Assembly: GCA_030390025.1 (NCBI GenBank)
Contig: CM059432.1
Location: forward strand, 144,586,001 to 144,650,000
Reading direction: 5' to 3'
Length of the DNA stretch: 64,000 nucleotides
DNA from: Squalus acanthias
Lineage: Eukaryota
The position numbers and the translations under genes were made by a program. The notes below the pieces were generated by a model. That model worked only from the letters and a program-made list of their open reading frames with translations, was not told the origin of the DNA and did no database searches. The first letter of the stretch is position 1. The number at the start of each line of letters is the position of its first letter. Of the stretch, positions 27,141-39,574 are shown one piece after another.

Positions 27141-28618
27141 TTTGGTGCATATTTGGATTTTAGAAATAAAAACAGGAAAGTTCAGGGGAACATTGACCAC
27201 AGAACTATCAATAAAATAGGGAGCAGCAGCAAAGCAGAGAAAGACTGGAGGCTAGAAAAGAGAGAAGACTCTCCCAGCGGATTAAAAGCTTTCGCTTATA
27301 CCCTACCCAGGAGCGTGAGGGAGGTGCGAGATTAGCCTCCCAGACACAAGGGCCGGAATTTTGCCAGCGCTCAGAGTGCGGGTTTGGAGGCGGGTCCGCT
27401 GTCAAAATCTAAAAGATTGACAGTGGGTCTGTATCCCGTTGTCAACCCGCCTCCATGTCAGTTTCCCAAGTGTCGGGCCTGTCTGCGCTTTACAGACCTG
27501 ACACCAAGCGGTGGGTCAGACAATTCAGATACTTAAGAGCTTGTTAAAAGATACTTAAACAGCATTTTACCATGTACTTACCATTTTATCAGATTTTTCA
27601 CGAGGTTCCAGTCGCTCGGGGATCACGCCAGGTAAGTGTGTCAGGTTCTCTATGACTCTCCATTGCTGTGAATAGGTGACAGCTGCAAAACTGGTATAAA
27701 AGCTACCATTTCACAGCTGTTCACTTTCCAATGTCAGAAGCTTGAGCCTTCAGGATTTGGCAGACACTTTTGAGCTGTATGCAGTTTGGAAGTGTTTGCA
27801 GTAAACTCTCTATCCACTGTCACCTCCTTGGAGCAACCTCTCTCACCATTCTCAGATCGCTTCTGTCATCTCAACTTCAGCTGCCATCTATTCCAGCAGC
27901 ATTGGTGCCCTTGGAAAAAATCTCACCTTGGTCCTCAGAATCCCACCACGATCAGCCCCAACATCACCAGGCACACCAGCAGCACCAACCTTCTCCGCAA
28001 TCACCTGATGCTGCACAGGGCATCAGCACCCGACCACATTGCTGCCCGGGACGCCAGCGATGGCCTCACCATGGCCAGATTTACTTCACTTGATGCTGTA
28101 CACCCTGGCTGCCACATGATGCGCCAGGTTGGCAACACGCCACAGCAGCACCATAAAGCATCCCCACAATGTCCAAGCCATTCCTTTCACACTCATCACC
28201 ATTGGACAGGGGGGGGGGGGGGAACGTTCTGTCTCACCATTCACTGGAACTCACTAAGACAATTCCAAAGGTGCACACAAATCTGTCCAAGAAGGCAAAG
28301 TGTTGAAAATAAAGATTTCAATGTTTGACAACACATTAACAGAAACTTTACATGACCATTGCATAAAACACCCAAATGCCTACCCTTGTGTGTTGTTAGT
28401 TGGTATGATTGGACAAGGATGAGGGTGAGTGTGAGGGGTGGCTAATGAAATGGGGAAGTGATAATGTAGATAGAGAGGGATGGGTGGAGGTGTAAGTTAA
28501 GTTGGTGTGAGTAAGGATGTGTAGGAGTAGGGTAGGGAAGGCAGAGTGATGGGGATGCGATGAGTGGCACAGCAGCATGAGGTTGAGTGTGGCTTTGCAG
28601 TAACGTTTCGTGATCTAC

Positions 28619-30066
28619 ATAGGATTACATAGGATATACGGCACAGAAACAGGCCATTCAGCCCAACCAGTCTATGCCGGCGTTTATGCTCCACTCAAGC
28701 CTCCTCCCGTCTTTCCTCATCTAAATCTATCAACATAACCCTCTATTCCCTTCTCCCTCATATGCTTGTCTTGCCTCCCCTTAAATGCATCTATACTATT
28801 CGCTTCAACCACTCCCTGTGGTAGTGAGTTCCACATTCTCACCACTCTTTGGGTAAAGAAGTTTCTTCTGAATTCCCTATTGGATTTCTTGGTGACTATC
28901 TTATATTGATGGCCTCTAGTTATGCTCTTCCCCACAAGTGGAAACATTCTGTATCCACTCTATCAAAACCTTTCATAATTTTAAAGACCTCTATTAGAAA
29001 GAAAGAAAGAAAGACTTGCATTTATATAGCACCTTTCACGGACCACCGGATGTCTCAAAGCGCTTTACAGCCAATGAAGTACTTTTAGAGTGTAGTCACT
29101 GTTGTAATTAGGTCACCCCTCAGCCTTTTTTTCCCAAGAGAAAAGAGACCCAGCCTGTTCATCCTTTCCTGATATGTATACCCTCGCATTTCTGGTATCA
29201 CCCTTGTAAATCTTCTCTGCACCCTCTCCAGTGCCTCAATATCCTTTTTATAATATGGCAACCAGAACTGTACACAGTACTCTTAAGTGTGGTCTAACCA
29301 AGGTTCGATATAGGTTTAGCATAACTTCCCTACTTTTCAATTCTATACCTCTAAAAATAAACCCTAGTGTTTGGTTTGCTTTTTTTATGGCCTTGCAAAC
29401 CTGTGTTGCAACTTTTAGTGACTTATGTATTTGTACTCCGAGATCCCTTTGTTCCTCTACCCCACCTAGACTCGCATCCTCCAAGTAATAAGTGACCTCC
29501 CTATTCTTCCTACCAAAATGTAATACCTCACATTTATCTGTGTTGAACTTCATTTGCCAATTATATGCCCATTCTGCAAGTTTATTAATGTCCTCCTGTA
29601 ATTTATTGTAGTCCTTCCTCAGTATTGACTATCCCCCCCAATTTGGTGTCATCCACAAATTTAGAAATGGTGTTTTTGATTCCAAAGTCTAAATCGTTAA
29701 TATAAATTGTGAACAACAGTGGTCCCAGCACTGATCCTTGTGGAACACCACTACCCACCTTCTGCCACTATGAATAGCTACCTTTTACCCCTACTCTCTG
29801 CTTTCTGTCTTGAAGCCAGCTAGCTATCCATTCTGCTACTTGTCCCCTGACTCCGCATTCTCTGACCTTGTTCATCAGTCTATTATGGGATACCTTATCG
29901 AAGGTCTTTTGAAAATCTAGATAAATTACATCTACTGCATTACCATTGTCTACTCTCTCTGTACCCTCTTCAAAAAATTCAATGAGGTTGGTCAAGCAAC
30001 ACTTTCCCTTTTAAAATCCATGCTGACTATTCATGATTATGTTTTTGGTTTCTAGATGTTCTTCTA
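28619..30066 (-). mobile_element. CR1 LINE (RT plus 3'UTR) inserted in the Harbinger Myb/SANT gene
   Basis: TNLIEFFEE...YLDFQKTFDKVSHNRL; KFNTDKCEVLHFGRKN; (CCTATGTAAT) tail; CTAC present at both junctions. Confidence 0.92.
28998..29106 (-). mobile_element. SacSINE1-like 3' fragment nested in CR1
   Basis: (AAAG)n-ACTTGCATTTATATAGC tail; ATTAG duplicated at 28993-28997 and 29107-29111. Confidence 0.85.
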
Positions 30067-30290
30067 CCTACTGAGATCATTGAAAGTTTTGCGCCACTGC
30101 AGCCTGGTCCTCCTGACGACATCCCTGCTTGTGCCCTCCTGTGCAATGTGCAACCAGGCTGTGTTGATCTCCTGGGGAGGGTCTCTTCCACCCATGGGAA
30201 GGGAAGAGGACCTCCCTGCGTGCTGTGACTCCCTCCATAAGCATATGGAGGGAGTCATGGGAGAGCCTGGGTGCAGCCGTGCTCGTCAGT
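30064..30290 (-). pseudogene. Harbinger Myb/SANT-like DNA-binding protein remnant (frameshifted)
   Basis: Two frames join as TAAPRLSHDSLHMLMEGVTARREVLFP...TAWLHIAQEGTSRDVVRRTRLQWRKTFNDLSR, the Myb/SANT-like (NAIF1-type) pattern. Confidence 0.75.
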
Positions 30291-31354
30291 GTTTGCAGCA
30301 CCTCAATGCTGTAGAACACTAACAGCAGAACTGACAAAATGATTGTGGACACGGCCCATTTAAGGAAACCAGCTGATGACGCGTCATCAAATGACGTCAC
30401 CAGACCCGCTTCCTTTTAATTGGCCGGGAACCTCACAGAGTGGGCTTAACAAGCCCTATTAATGGAAAATCATGTCGGAGGCCGGGATCAAGACAGCTGC
30501 GGGGTCGGCACCCGCCACGGAAGTTGCTTGCCACGGACCCGCCGAGGTTGGTAACATCCAGCCCAAGGAGTGTGTTCAAAACTTGGACAGACTTGGGCTG
30601 TGTAAAGGGTTATGAGTTGTTTAGAGGAAAAGAAATGTTGGGTTAAAGAGGAGGCTGACCATCTTGGAGCGAGCTTTGGCAACAGAAGAGATGTACGGTG
30701 TTTGCCTTAACCAGATCAGGTGATCCAAATACCTATTTTAATCATTTAAGGGTAACCATGCTGACACTAATTAGAAAGGCTGTCATTTCCTTATTTGGCA
30801 CAACTAACCCAAAGAAAACTCACAATTAAAAGCAGATTGTTTGAAGAAGTACTGTCCTTTCTGTTTATATGATAGCACATTCAATCAGTTAAACCCCAGC
30901 TCTGTAAGGACAGATTTATCTCTGCCCATGGCATTGGCCGTATGGTTATCAGCTGCATGTGATTTAATGCATTGGCTTTTGGGTCACAAACTTTCTGCAA
31001 GAAAAACAGAAAAATTGGGAGACACTCAACATCTGTCAAGAGAACACAAGATGTGGGAGTCCTCACCCCTGTTTTTATTTCAGATTTTCATCACCTGCAG
31101 TAGTTTGGTTTTCCACATATTTTCAGTGAAGGCTCGCCTTTGAGTCACTGCTGTGTTGTGACCCCATCTCATGTACACAATGCACTGACATAGGCAGAAA
31201 AATGAAAAAAATCAAATAAATGCAACTCAGCTCCGCCTTCTATTAATAACAATGCTGCTAAATTGATGTCAACATGGATTACAATGCTAATTCGGGAGAG
31301 AAAATGCTTTTAGTTAGGAATTTGGAAGTTTTACTTTTTCACGGGACAACCCAG

Positions 31355-31755
31355 AATGCTTCACAGCCAATGAATTACTTTTAAAGTGTCAACACTGCTG
31401 TTGTGTCGTCCAATGCGGCAGCCAAACTGTGCACAGCAAGGTCCCACAAACAACTTTGCGATGAATGGCCAGATAATCTGTTTTTGGTGTCGTTGGTTCA
31501 GGGATATATATTCGCCAGGACACCAGGGAGGACTCCCCAGCTCTTCTTCAAATAGCGCCATGGGATCTTTCATGTTGACCTGAAGGGGCAGATGGGGCCT
31601 CGGTTTAATGGCTCATCTGAAAAGCAGCACCTCCGACAGTGCTGCACTCCCTGAATACTGCACTGGGAGTGTCAGCATAGATTATGGGCTCAAATTCTGC
31701 AATGGGGCTTGAACCCATGACCTTCTGACTCAGGGTAGAGTGTGCCACCCACAAG
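31355..31755 (-). mobile_element. SacSINE1-like DeuSINE (older copy)
   Basis: Deu core and tRNA head recognisable but diverged. Confidence 0.82.
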
Positions 31756-32761
31756 TGGAAAAGCCTTAATTTTGTTTATTGGGATGGGCCATAAATGCCG
31801 GCCTTGCCAGCGATGCCCACATCCCGAGAATGAAAAAAGAAATAATCTGATATACTATAGAGTCATTGTTTAGTTTGCAAGGCAGCAAAGAGATCATTCT
31901 AAAAGGGGAATGATTAAGATTTGATGGGTAAGAGGGAGATTTCATCGGAGGAATGCTTATCCAGTTCGGCTGCACCCACGTTATCTCTCAGTTCACAGAC
32001 TGAGCGACATCGCTCGTAGACTATCTCACTTAAATCATGATCGGAGGATCAAAGCATATCTTCTTAAACTTGATCACCTCCTTAACTACATCCCTGTATT
32101 ACTGTGGTAATGAGGGGAACATGGTGTTGTATATATTCAAAATAAAAATGAGTTTCAAGCTAAAATATAACACACACAGTAAAAGGCTAATGGTAGGAAA
32201 ATCATGCATAGCATGAACCCAGATCTCCAGCAATGCATTGGCGAAAAGGGAGGTTGCCACCAGAAGTGAGAGATTGGAAAATTATCTGTTAAAAGTACAG
32301 TAAAAGGCCCCACTATGGAAAACACAGGTAAACAGTGAAGGGTTTCCAAGAACGGCTTCTCCCCCTCCCGGGGATTCAAACAGATCAGAACGGGAGTCGT
32401 TAATCCTCTACCCTCTGCATTCATCTCTCTCCAGCGAGAGGTTCAAAGCTGAACAGCGAGGTGTTGAAATGAATCAGATGAATGCTTCTCCTCTCCTCTT
32501 GCTCTTGGTTTCGGTGCACCACAAGTATTTGTGAAACCCAAGGCTAATCCAGATAAATCAGGCAGCTGCACAAGCCTGTCTTGACCGATAGGGGAAGAAA
32601 GAACTTGCAATTATAACATAAATGTACTTCCCCCTCCCCACAAGACAGCAAGGGATTACATTTGAAATCAGATGCTTTGATAGAAACTCTCAGTAGGTTT
32701 CCCCTTTCCACCCCACACAAACAGCAGGTCAGGATACATTTTATTCAGCTACCAACAATCT

Positions 32762-33129
32762 CTTCCTTCTTCTTAGGCAGTCCCTCGGAACCGAGGATGA
32801 CTTGCTTCCACACTAAAAATGAGTTCTCAGATGACTGATGAGTCCAATGCGGGACCTACAGTCTCTGTCGCTGTTGGGGTTGTCCATGAGGGTCCTGACG
32901 TTCCAGGTCCCGAACTTCATTTTAAAGGATGGAAGATGCCTGTGCGTGAATTCTTTTAACGTGGGGTGGCCGTTGCACACCAGCTACCACACGGGCTTGA
33001 CAGAGCAAGGTCCTGGTCCAATGGCAAGGGGATCCAAGACGATTGGAGACCAGGCTCTGCTACATCGGCCTAGCACACACACACACACACACAAACATAC
33101 TCCTACTGTCCTCCTCCCTCCTTTTTTTT
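32762..33129 (-). mobile_element. Internally deleted non-autonomous RTE retroelement with 12 bp TSD
   Basis: TSD TACCAACAATCT at 32750-32761 and 33130-33141; 5'UTR with (TG)n; mini-ORF 32920-32813; RTE-type 3' end GAGGGACTGCCTAAGAAGAAG. Confidence 0.85.
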
Positions 33130-34769
33130 TACCAACAATCTATGACTGTGGCCACAGATGTGGGACCCCTGGCAGGGGACACGAAATGTGGCACTAAAGT
33201 GGGAAACGGTGGCGGGCATGCGAAGACAGACTTTTATTTCAAGTGATATGCTTATAGGATGCAGCCAGAGGCAAGTTGCTGGGAGTGCGGAAAGTTGGAG
33301 AAAATGTATAGCTGCTAGCGGGCAAGTCTGAGATTTCTCCTAACCTAAAGCAAGGAAGCTTCATATAATAAAACAAATTCAACATAAACAGAATTCTGGC
33401 TCATGCATTAGCAAGTCGTGTGTTGTTACTCTGGTTATGGTCTTGTTAAGGACTGACAGCCTGGTTTTATTGTGTAGAAGTGGAGTTTATTGAGACCAAT
33501 GGAAGTGGTTTGCACAACTTTTGAGCAGGATCATTAGTTCAGCGGCAGCTACTGGTCATTCTTTAACTGACTGCTCCTTTTTCCAGTTCGATTCTGCTCT
33601 AATTTCGGGTTTACTTTCATTAACTGCACCTTTCAACATCACTTGCTACAGTAATGGTATTCTAGGTTAACCTAATTACAGTGGGAGAAGGGGAAAGTTC
33701 TAATTTGAGAAAAGAAAAGCTCCACTTGAAATGTTTGATCCTTGTTCAAAATCGTGTCCATGCAATACTCGGCCAAACTCTGGAAACCAGCTTATGCAAT
33801 TGTATTTGAACTACTAAATTAAATTTCTTTTCACAGAAAATTTTAAGCCAACATTGTCTCACTACCAATAAAAGGCTTCCGCTTGTTCCAAGAGCTGTAC
33901 ATTTCACAGCCAACAAGTGTCTGGAACAACTAACCTTTTGTTTCTGATAACAAAAATAACTGAGTGAAGTGAAGGGAGATACGAGTGCAACAAGATGTCA
34001 GTCCCTTGACAACAACTCAGCTTTATCAGAAAATTGACTGCAAACAGTGAATGCCCTTTCCAAACATTACGTTTCAAATCATTCAGCCAACAGGACAAAC
34101 TGTTGAGTGGATTATGAAAAGATACCTTGAAAATGGAACCAGATGTAGACTTAAGGATAATTGAAAAAAATTGACACAGTGGTGCATGTTAATCTATTGG
34201 ATTGAAAGGGCTTCCTGGAAAGCATAGCTACTAATAAATAGTTCTAATGTAACAGAAATGTAACACCAACGTACTTCAAGCTCTACGAATTGTAGGAGTA
34301 ATTTCTTGAATTCACACTCCTGGTGCAGAGTTTTGCACACTGGGACCACAGCACACTGTTAAGTGCATACATCTCTGTAAATTTGATCTGCGAGCTAGAT
34401 TTTGCACATCCTCCGTTATGCTTTGCTGTGGTGGGAGCCTATGCCAATGAGCTAACATTGTAAAGTTGGGCAGAGTCGTCTCAGTGCACTGTGGGCGAGT
34501 ATAGCCCAAGCAGAAAACCATTCCTGTCACAGCTGCAAAATTGGGGTTTAGATTATATCTTTGGTCTGCAGTGCTGATTTCTCCATAACAGGGGTTGAAA
34601 ATGTGACAGACATGACCCCCAGCCACTGGACTGCAGTCTGTCCTGTACAACTACACAGCTAGCATCTAAATGAGTTGCACTGTAAATAGAGAAAGCTTTG
34701 GTCCTGTTTGACAGTACAGAGTGAGCGATATCACATCCGCTCTCATCACAATCATTCTGGGTATTCACA

Positions 34770-35165
34770 TTAGCCCACCAGCTTCCAGGTAAGTGGCAGG
34801 GAGGGGGCTTCGGGAGGATCCCACAGGAGGCGGGAGCTTGGGTCAGTGGAGGCCGCGGCTTTCTACGTGGGGCCGGGGTGGGGGGGTGGGGGGGAGGCAG
34901 TCCTGCCCCTCCTGACCCCACGAAGGAAAAGTTTTACACTCACCTGAAGGGCCTCTCCTGTCTACAGGGCCGCAGTGAAACTACGGCAGCTTCCCCACTC
35001 AGAGCCTGCTTAAAATGCCATCGGCGTCCTGCTGACATGCTGGGACCCTGATTAGCATTGATACGTGAAGCTCCCACCTGGATCCAGCAGGAGCCCCATC
35101 CACCGGCAAAACCTGCGGAATTGGAGCGGGAACGGAGCGGGAAATGAAGCCGCTCCATTTTAGCT
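34770..35165. mobile_element. MITE fragment (GC-rich, Harbinger-like)
   Basis: CpG-rich GCGGG-repeat arm ending CCGCTCCATTTTAGC, similar in architecture to the other MITEs here; no paired TIR found. Confidence 0.4.
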
Positions 35166-35589
35166 GCTTGCTCACTCCATTCCCACCCAGTAGGGAGTTA
35201 ACATTTCCCTCCTGCTTGTTAAAGGCACAAAGAACAAAGTCTAAACAGCAATCTCCCTGAACATGCAGCAAACTTTACTTTCAAGTACAGCTCACAGAAG
35301 CGACAGGAGATCGGGCAAAACAATTCATATTTAAGGAATCATGGAAATATTACTGGAATCTGTGGCCAGGAAATGGAATGGGAGATTCCCTGTTTGTTAG
35401 TCTTTATACTTGGACTAACGATTTCACTACTAATACAAACCTGAGGACATTTTTCCACTTAGGCTTTGTTGAAGAAGGAAGCTCAACCTAAATATTTTTT
35501 TTAATAAATCACACCACTAGTGGAAGCTATGATCAGCTGGGATATCCTCTTTTCTTAAGCACACTCTGCATACTTTTGTTTAAACAGCA

Positions 35590-36315
35590 TTCGCAACCTC
35601 AATATCCTATTTGGCCCCAACCTGAGCTTCCGACCCCATATCCGCTCCATCACCAAGACCGCCTACTTCCACCTCTGTAACATCGCCCGTCTCCGTCCCT
35701 GCCTTGGCCTGTCTGCTGCTGAAACCCTCATCCATGCTTTTGTTACTTCCAGACTCGACTATTCCAATGCTCTCCTGGCCGGTCTCCCATTCCCCATGGT
35801 CTGTAAACTTCAGCTCATTCAAAATTCTGCTGCCTGTATCGTAACTTGCACCAAGTCCTGCTCACCCAACACCCCGTCCTTGTCGACCTACATTGGCTGA
35901 TGGTCTCCTAATGCCTCCAATGTAAAATTCTCAGCCTTGTGTTTAAATCCTTTCATGGCCTTGCCCCTCTCTACCTCTGTAACCTCCTCCACCAGCCCTA
36001 CAACCCTCCCCCAAATTAGCCATTCCTCCTCTGGCCTATTGTGTATCCACACCCTTCGTCCCATCATTGGTGGCCGCACCTTCAGCTGCCTAGACCCCTA
36101 TGCTATGGAATTCTCTCCCTAAGCCCCTTCACTTCTCCAATGCCTTTTCCTCCTTTAAAGCCTTTCTTAAAACCCACCTCTTTGACCAAGTTTTTAGTCA
36201 CCCCCACTATCTCCTCCTTTGGCTCTGGGCCCATTTATTTCCGATAACACTCCTGTGAAGCGCCTTGGGATATTTCTCTACGTTAAAGGTGCTATATAAA
36301 TGCAAGTTGTTGTTG
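35590..36315 (+). mobile_element. L2 LINE, 3' fragment
   Basis: ITKTAYFHLCNIARLRPCL..SAAETLIHAFVTSRLDYSNALLAG; ends GGTGCTATATAAATGCAAGTTGTTGTTG. Confidence 0.9.
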
Positions 36316-36417
36316 ATTACATCACTAGGGGAATCTTGCTTGTCGAAGTTACTGAGTCAGATCCTTCCCACTGACTCTACATCTACTGGCTCATCAGCAC
36401 TTACTATTTAAACAACA

Positions 36418-36545
36418 TGATGCGGAGATGCCGGTGTTGGACTGGGGTGGACAAAAGTGAAAAGTCGCACAACACCAGGTTATAGTCCAACAGTTTTATT
36501 TGAAATCACAAGCTTTCGGAGCTGCTGCTCCTTCATCAGGTGAAT
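36418..36545 (-). mobile_element. Penelope-like short element with 13 bp TSD, carrying a hammerhead motif
   Basis: TSD TATTTAAACAACA at 36405-36417 and 36546-36558. Confidence 0.75.
36506..36543 (-). ncRNA. Minimal type I hammerhead ribozyme motif
   Basis: The - strand reads UCAC-CUGAUGA-A-GGAGC-AGCA-GCUCC-GAAA-GCUU-GUGA: conserved core, stem II, and stem I UCAC/GUGA. Confidence 0.75.
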
Positions 36546-36731
36546 TATTTAAACAACAATGTGCAAAGGGAAAGTGTCAATCAGAAGACAGAAAGAAAGG
36601 ACGTTGGAAAAGATTCCTTAGTTCTTTTGGTTTTTAAAAGCAGTATTAATGACAAGGCCTCTCTTTTAAAGATGGTGTTAACATGACATAATACAAATGA
36701 TGAATAAAAAGCAGTCACCTCTTCAAATACA

Positions 36732-37455
36732 AAGAAAGACTTGCATTAAAATAGCGCCTTTCACAACCTCAGGATGTCCCAAAGTGCTTTATAGCCAATG
36801 ATGTACTTTTGAAGTGTAGTCACTGTAGTAATATAGGGAAATGTGGCATCAAATTTGCACATAGCAAGATCCCACGAACAGCAATGAGATGTTTTAGTTA
36901 TGTTGGTTGAGGGATAAATATTGACCAGAACACCAGAGAGAACTCACCTGCCCTGAGCTATGTGGGATCTTTTACACCCACCTGATTTCATGTCTCATCC
37001 GAAAGACAGCACCTCCAACAGAGCAGCACTCTCTCAGTACTGCACTGAACTGTCAGCCTAGATTAGGGCAACACGGTGGCATAGTGGTTAGCACTGTTGC
37101 CTCACAGCGCCAGGGACCCAGGTTCGAATCCGGCCTCGGATGACTGTCTGTGTGGAGTTTGCACATTCTCCCCGTGTCTGCGTGGGTTTCCTCCGGGTGC
37201 TCCGGTTTCCTCCCACAGTCCAAAGATGTGCGGGTTAGGTTGATTTGGCTATGATAAATTGACCCTTAGTGTTAGGGGGATTAAGTACGTGCGGTTACGG
37301 GGATAGAGTGGTATATGTGTCGGTGCAGGCTCGATGGGCCGAAATGGCCTCTATCTGCACTGTGCGGATTCTGTGATTCTGTGATTCTGTCTCTGGAGTG
37401 GGGCATGAACCCACAACTTTCTGACTCAGGCGAGAGTGCTACCCACTGAGCAAAG
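36732..37455 (-). mobile_element. SacSINE1-like DeuSINE split by an HE1-like SINE
   Basis: Tail and core at 36732-37064; head resumes at ~37389 (CTCTGGAGTGGGGCATGAACCCACAAC). Confidence 0.83.
37066..37388 (+). mobile_element. HE1-like V-SINE (elasmobranch)
   Basis: tRNA head GTGGCATAGTGGTTAGCACT...GGTTCGAATCC; V-domain GTGGAGTTTGCACATTCTCCCCGTGTCTGCGTGGGTTTCCTCCGGGTGCTCCGGTTTCCTCCC; CR1-like (GATTCTGT)n tail. Confidence 0.9.
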
Positions 37456-38879
37456 CCATTAATCATTAAAGGTACTGGAAACTTTCTGAAAAGCTGAAAT
37501 TAAAATTAGAGGATTTGCAGAGGTATTAAGTTCTCTCCTTGGAATCAGAGTTGATAAAATGGCGCATCATAGTTTTGAAACGTGAAAGCAAAGGGAAATT
37601 TCAATTCAGTCAACGTTTCTTCATTGTGAAGTTAAATTACATGTTTACAAAGAATAGAAAGTAAAAACATGTCATTTTAAATGCATTTGAATCCCCGACA
37701 CCGCTCCCCCCACCCCCATCAGAATGTTGGAGTCCGAAACAGTGTTCACACCCTCAGCAACAACATGACTGTGTAGGTGACCTTACATGTGCGTGGACGG
37801 CCATTACAGCACTGATGGGTTTCATATGTGTATTTAAAGCAATAATTCACAATTACTCTGTGAAACACAGCACTACTTGTGAATGCATCAAATATCTTTT
37901 CCCAGAGCTGCTTCACTGGAGCCAGCTGAATTACCCAAGGCAGAGCTGGTGTTGGAACTTAACTTTCAAAACCTGTGATTATGACACTTTCAAATCTCAC
38001 TCCCTTCAGTAATATGCGTTCTGCATCTGTCCTAGACAATATTATCTTTGGCAGTGATTGCTGCGAATTTTACTGAAGTAAGCCGATGTTCTTTGAAGTT
38101 TGATACAGCGCGCATCACACATCAACCTACTTGTGTATTGTTAAGCTATTGCAATATTGCTCAACCCCACTCTGGAGGAACTGAGATCAAGTGATCAGAA
38201 GTAGACCACACCAGATGGCTCATTATTACAGTGTTGAAAGTATTTCCACAATTCCCATTAATATCCCTACAAAGTCAAATTGATGGAAAAATTCTTTTTC
38301 AGTTTATTGAGTGGAAACTGGCATTTTACAAGTGTTATAAAAACAAAAGCAAACACGTGTCCTTTTCTAAAGGAACAATTAGCCTGGGACTGTTATGGTT
38401 TCAGGTGAGGTGACTACTGTTACATGTTCCATTCAAGTGGAATGAACAATGGAGGAGGATCAGGAACGTTTAATCTCATTGATTTGTGCAGCCCAGGAGC
38501 AAATAAGTGGGTTACTGAAGAACTTAAATCTTCCTTCAAGTGGCTTTCATTCATTTAAAGAGTAACCTAGTGATCCCAATCTTCTTTTTAAGCTTGATTC
38601 AGCCTAATCCAAATTTTAAATGGTTGATTAACCAACTAAAAGCCTACCTATGGTAAAACTTTGGTGTAAACCTTTTAAAAGGTCATTCTAGGAAGTACAA
38701 AGCTCACGATAACAAGGTGTATTATAAACCCAATAACCATGATAAACCCTCGGTTTCTTGCATACTTTTAATGTGCAGCAAGACATGAAAGTATAGCTTT
38801 ATTTGCACATTCATTGCGTGTATTTACCTACATGCTTTTTATCCAAGGTCAGACAACTTCACATCTCGACGGGTTCTGG

Positions 38880-39475
38880 TAGTTCAGTGAGCAATGAGCA
38901 AATGCATTGCATGGTATGGCACTGAGTCACACAGAGAGCAGGAAGATCGCAGGCTGCTCTGTGCTGAGTTAGTCAAAGTTAGCCTGTGCCCCAGGGAAAT
39001 CGAGGCTTCTGTTTCTGAGACTACTGGTTATGTTGCCCCTCGCGGTCGAATAGCCTGCCAACAACACTGACATATGGCCACTTGGGCAAGGTCTGTGCGC
39101 TTGGAAGTATATGGCAGCACGAGTCATCACAAAAGCACTGGCTGCTTGATGGGGGCCTGCCACCGAGAGACGCTCTTTATGAATGGGCTTTGATAGCGAA
39201 TGTCGACACAGAAGGTCATCCCAGCTGAGCTCAGTCCTGCTGTCACCCAAAGGCCCTCACACACGAGCACATTTCCAGCTGGGGTCACTTTCTGGCAATC
39301 AGATGGAAATCCTTGTCAATTTTCCACTCTCGAACCCTGGGGCCATTTGTAGCACCCAGAGTGCTGCCCTAATGAGATCATTGATTCAGCTCAGATTAGG
39401 GATTGAACCCACGAACCTCCTGAACTGCATGGTTGCGTTACACACGAAATAAAGTCACTGAGCCACCGGGGAAGC
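38880..39475. mobile_element. Two facing AmnSINE2-like fragments
   Basis: + copy GGCACTGAGTCACACAG...GTGCTGAGTTAG...GGTCGAATAGCCTGCC; - copy at ~39210-39475 ending GATTGAACCC...CACTGAGCCACCGGGG. Confidence 0.5.
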
Positions 39476-39574
39476 CACCATATTCTAAACCGCCAACCAG
39501 TCAGTGATTTGGTCATTACACCTTGTTATCATTTATAACAGAAAGAACAGGGCTCCGTACACCGCCCCTAAATT

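Larger units (their letters stand above)
27350..30564. mobile_element. PIF/Harbinger internally deleted derivative with nested CR1 and SINE
   Basis: Imperfect TIRs GGGCCGGAATTTTGCCAGC and GTTGGTAACATCCAGCCC; Myb/SANT remnant on the - strand; possible transposase end on the + strand. Confidence 0.72.

Noticed and set aside
32833..32860. CTGATGAGTCC as a hammerhead core
   Set aside because: No GAAA box follows the putative stem II, and the sequence is the antisense of RTE coding DNA.
37066..37140. tRNA gene
   Set aside because: The A/B boxes run straight into a V-SINE body; the other tRNA-like heads also belong to SINEs.
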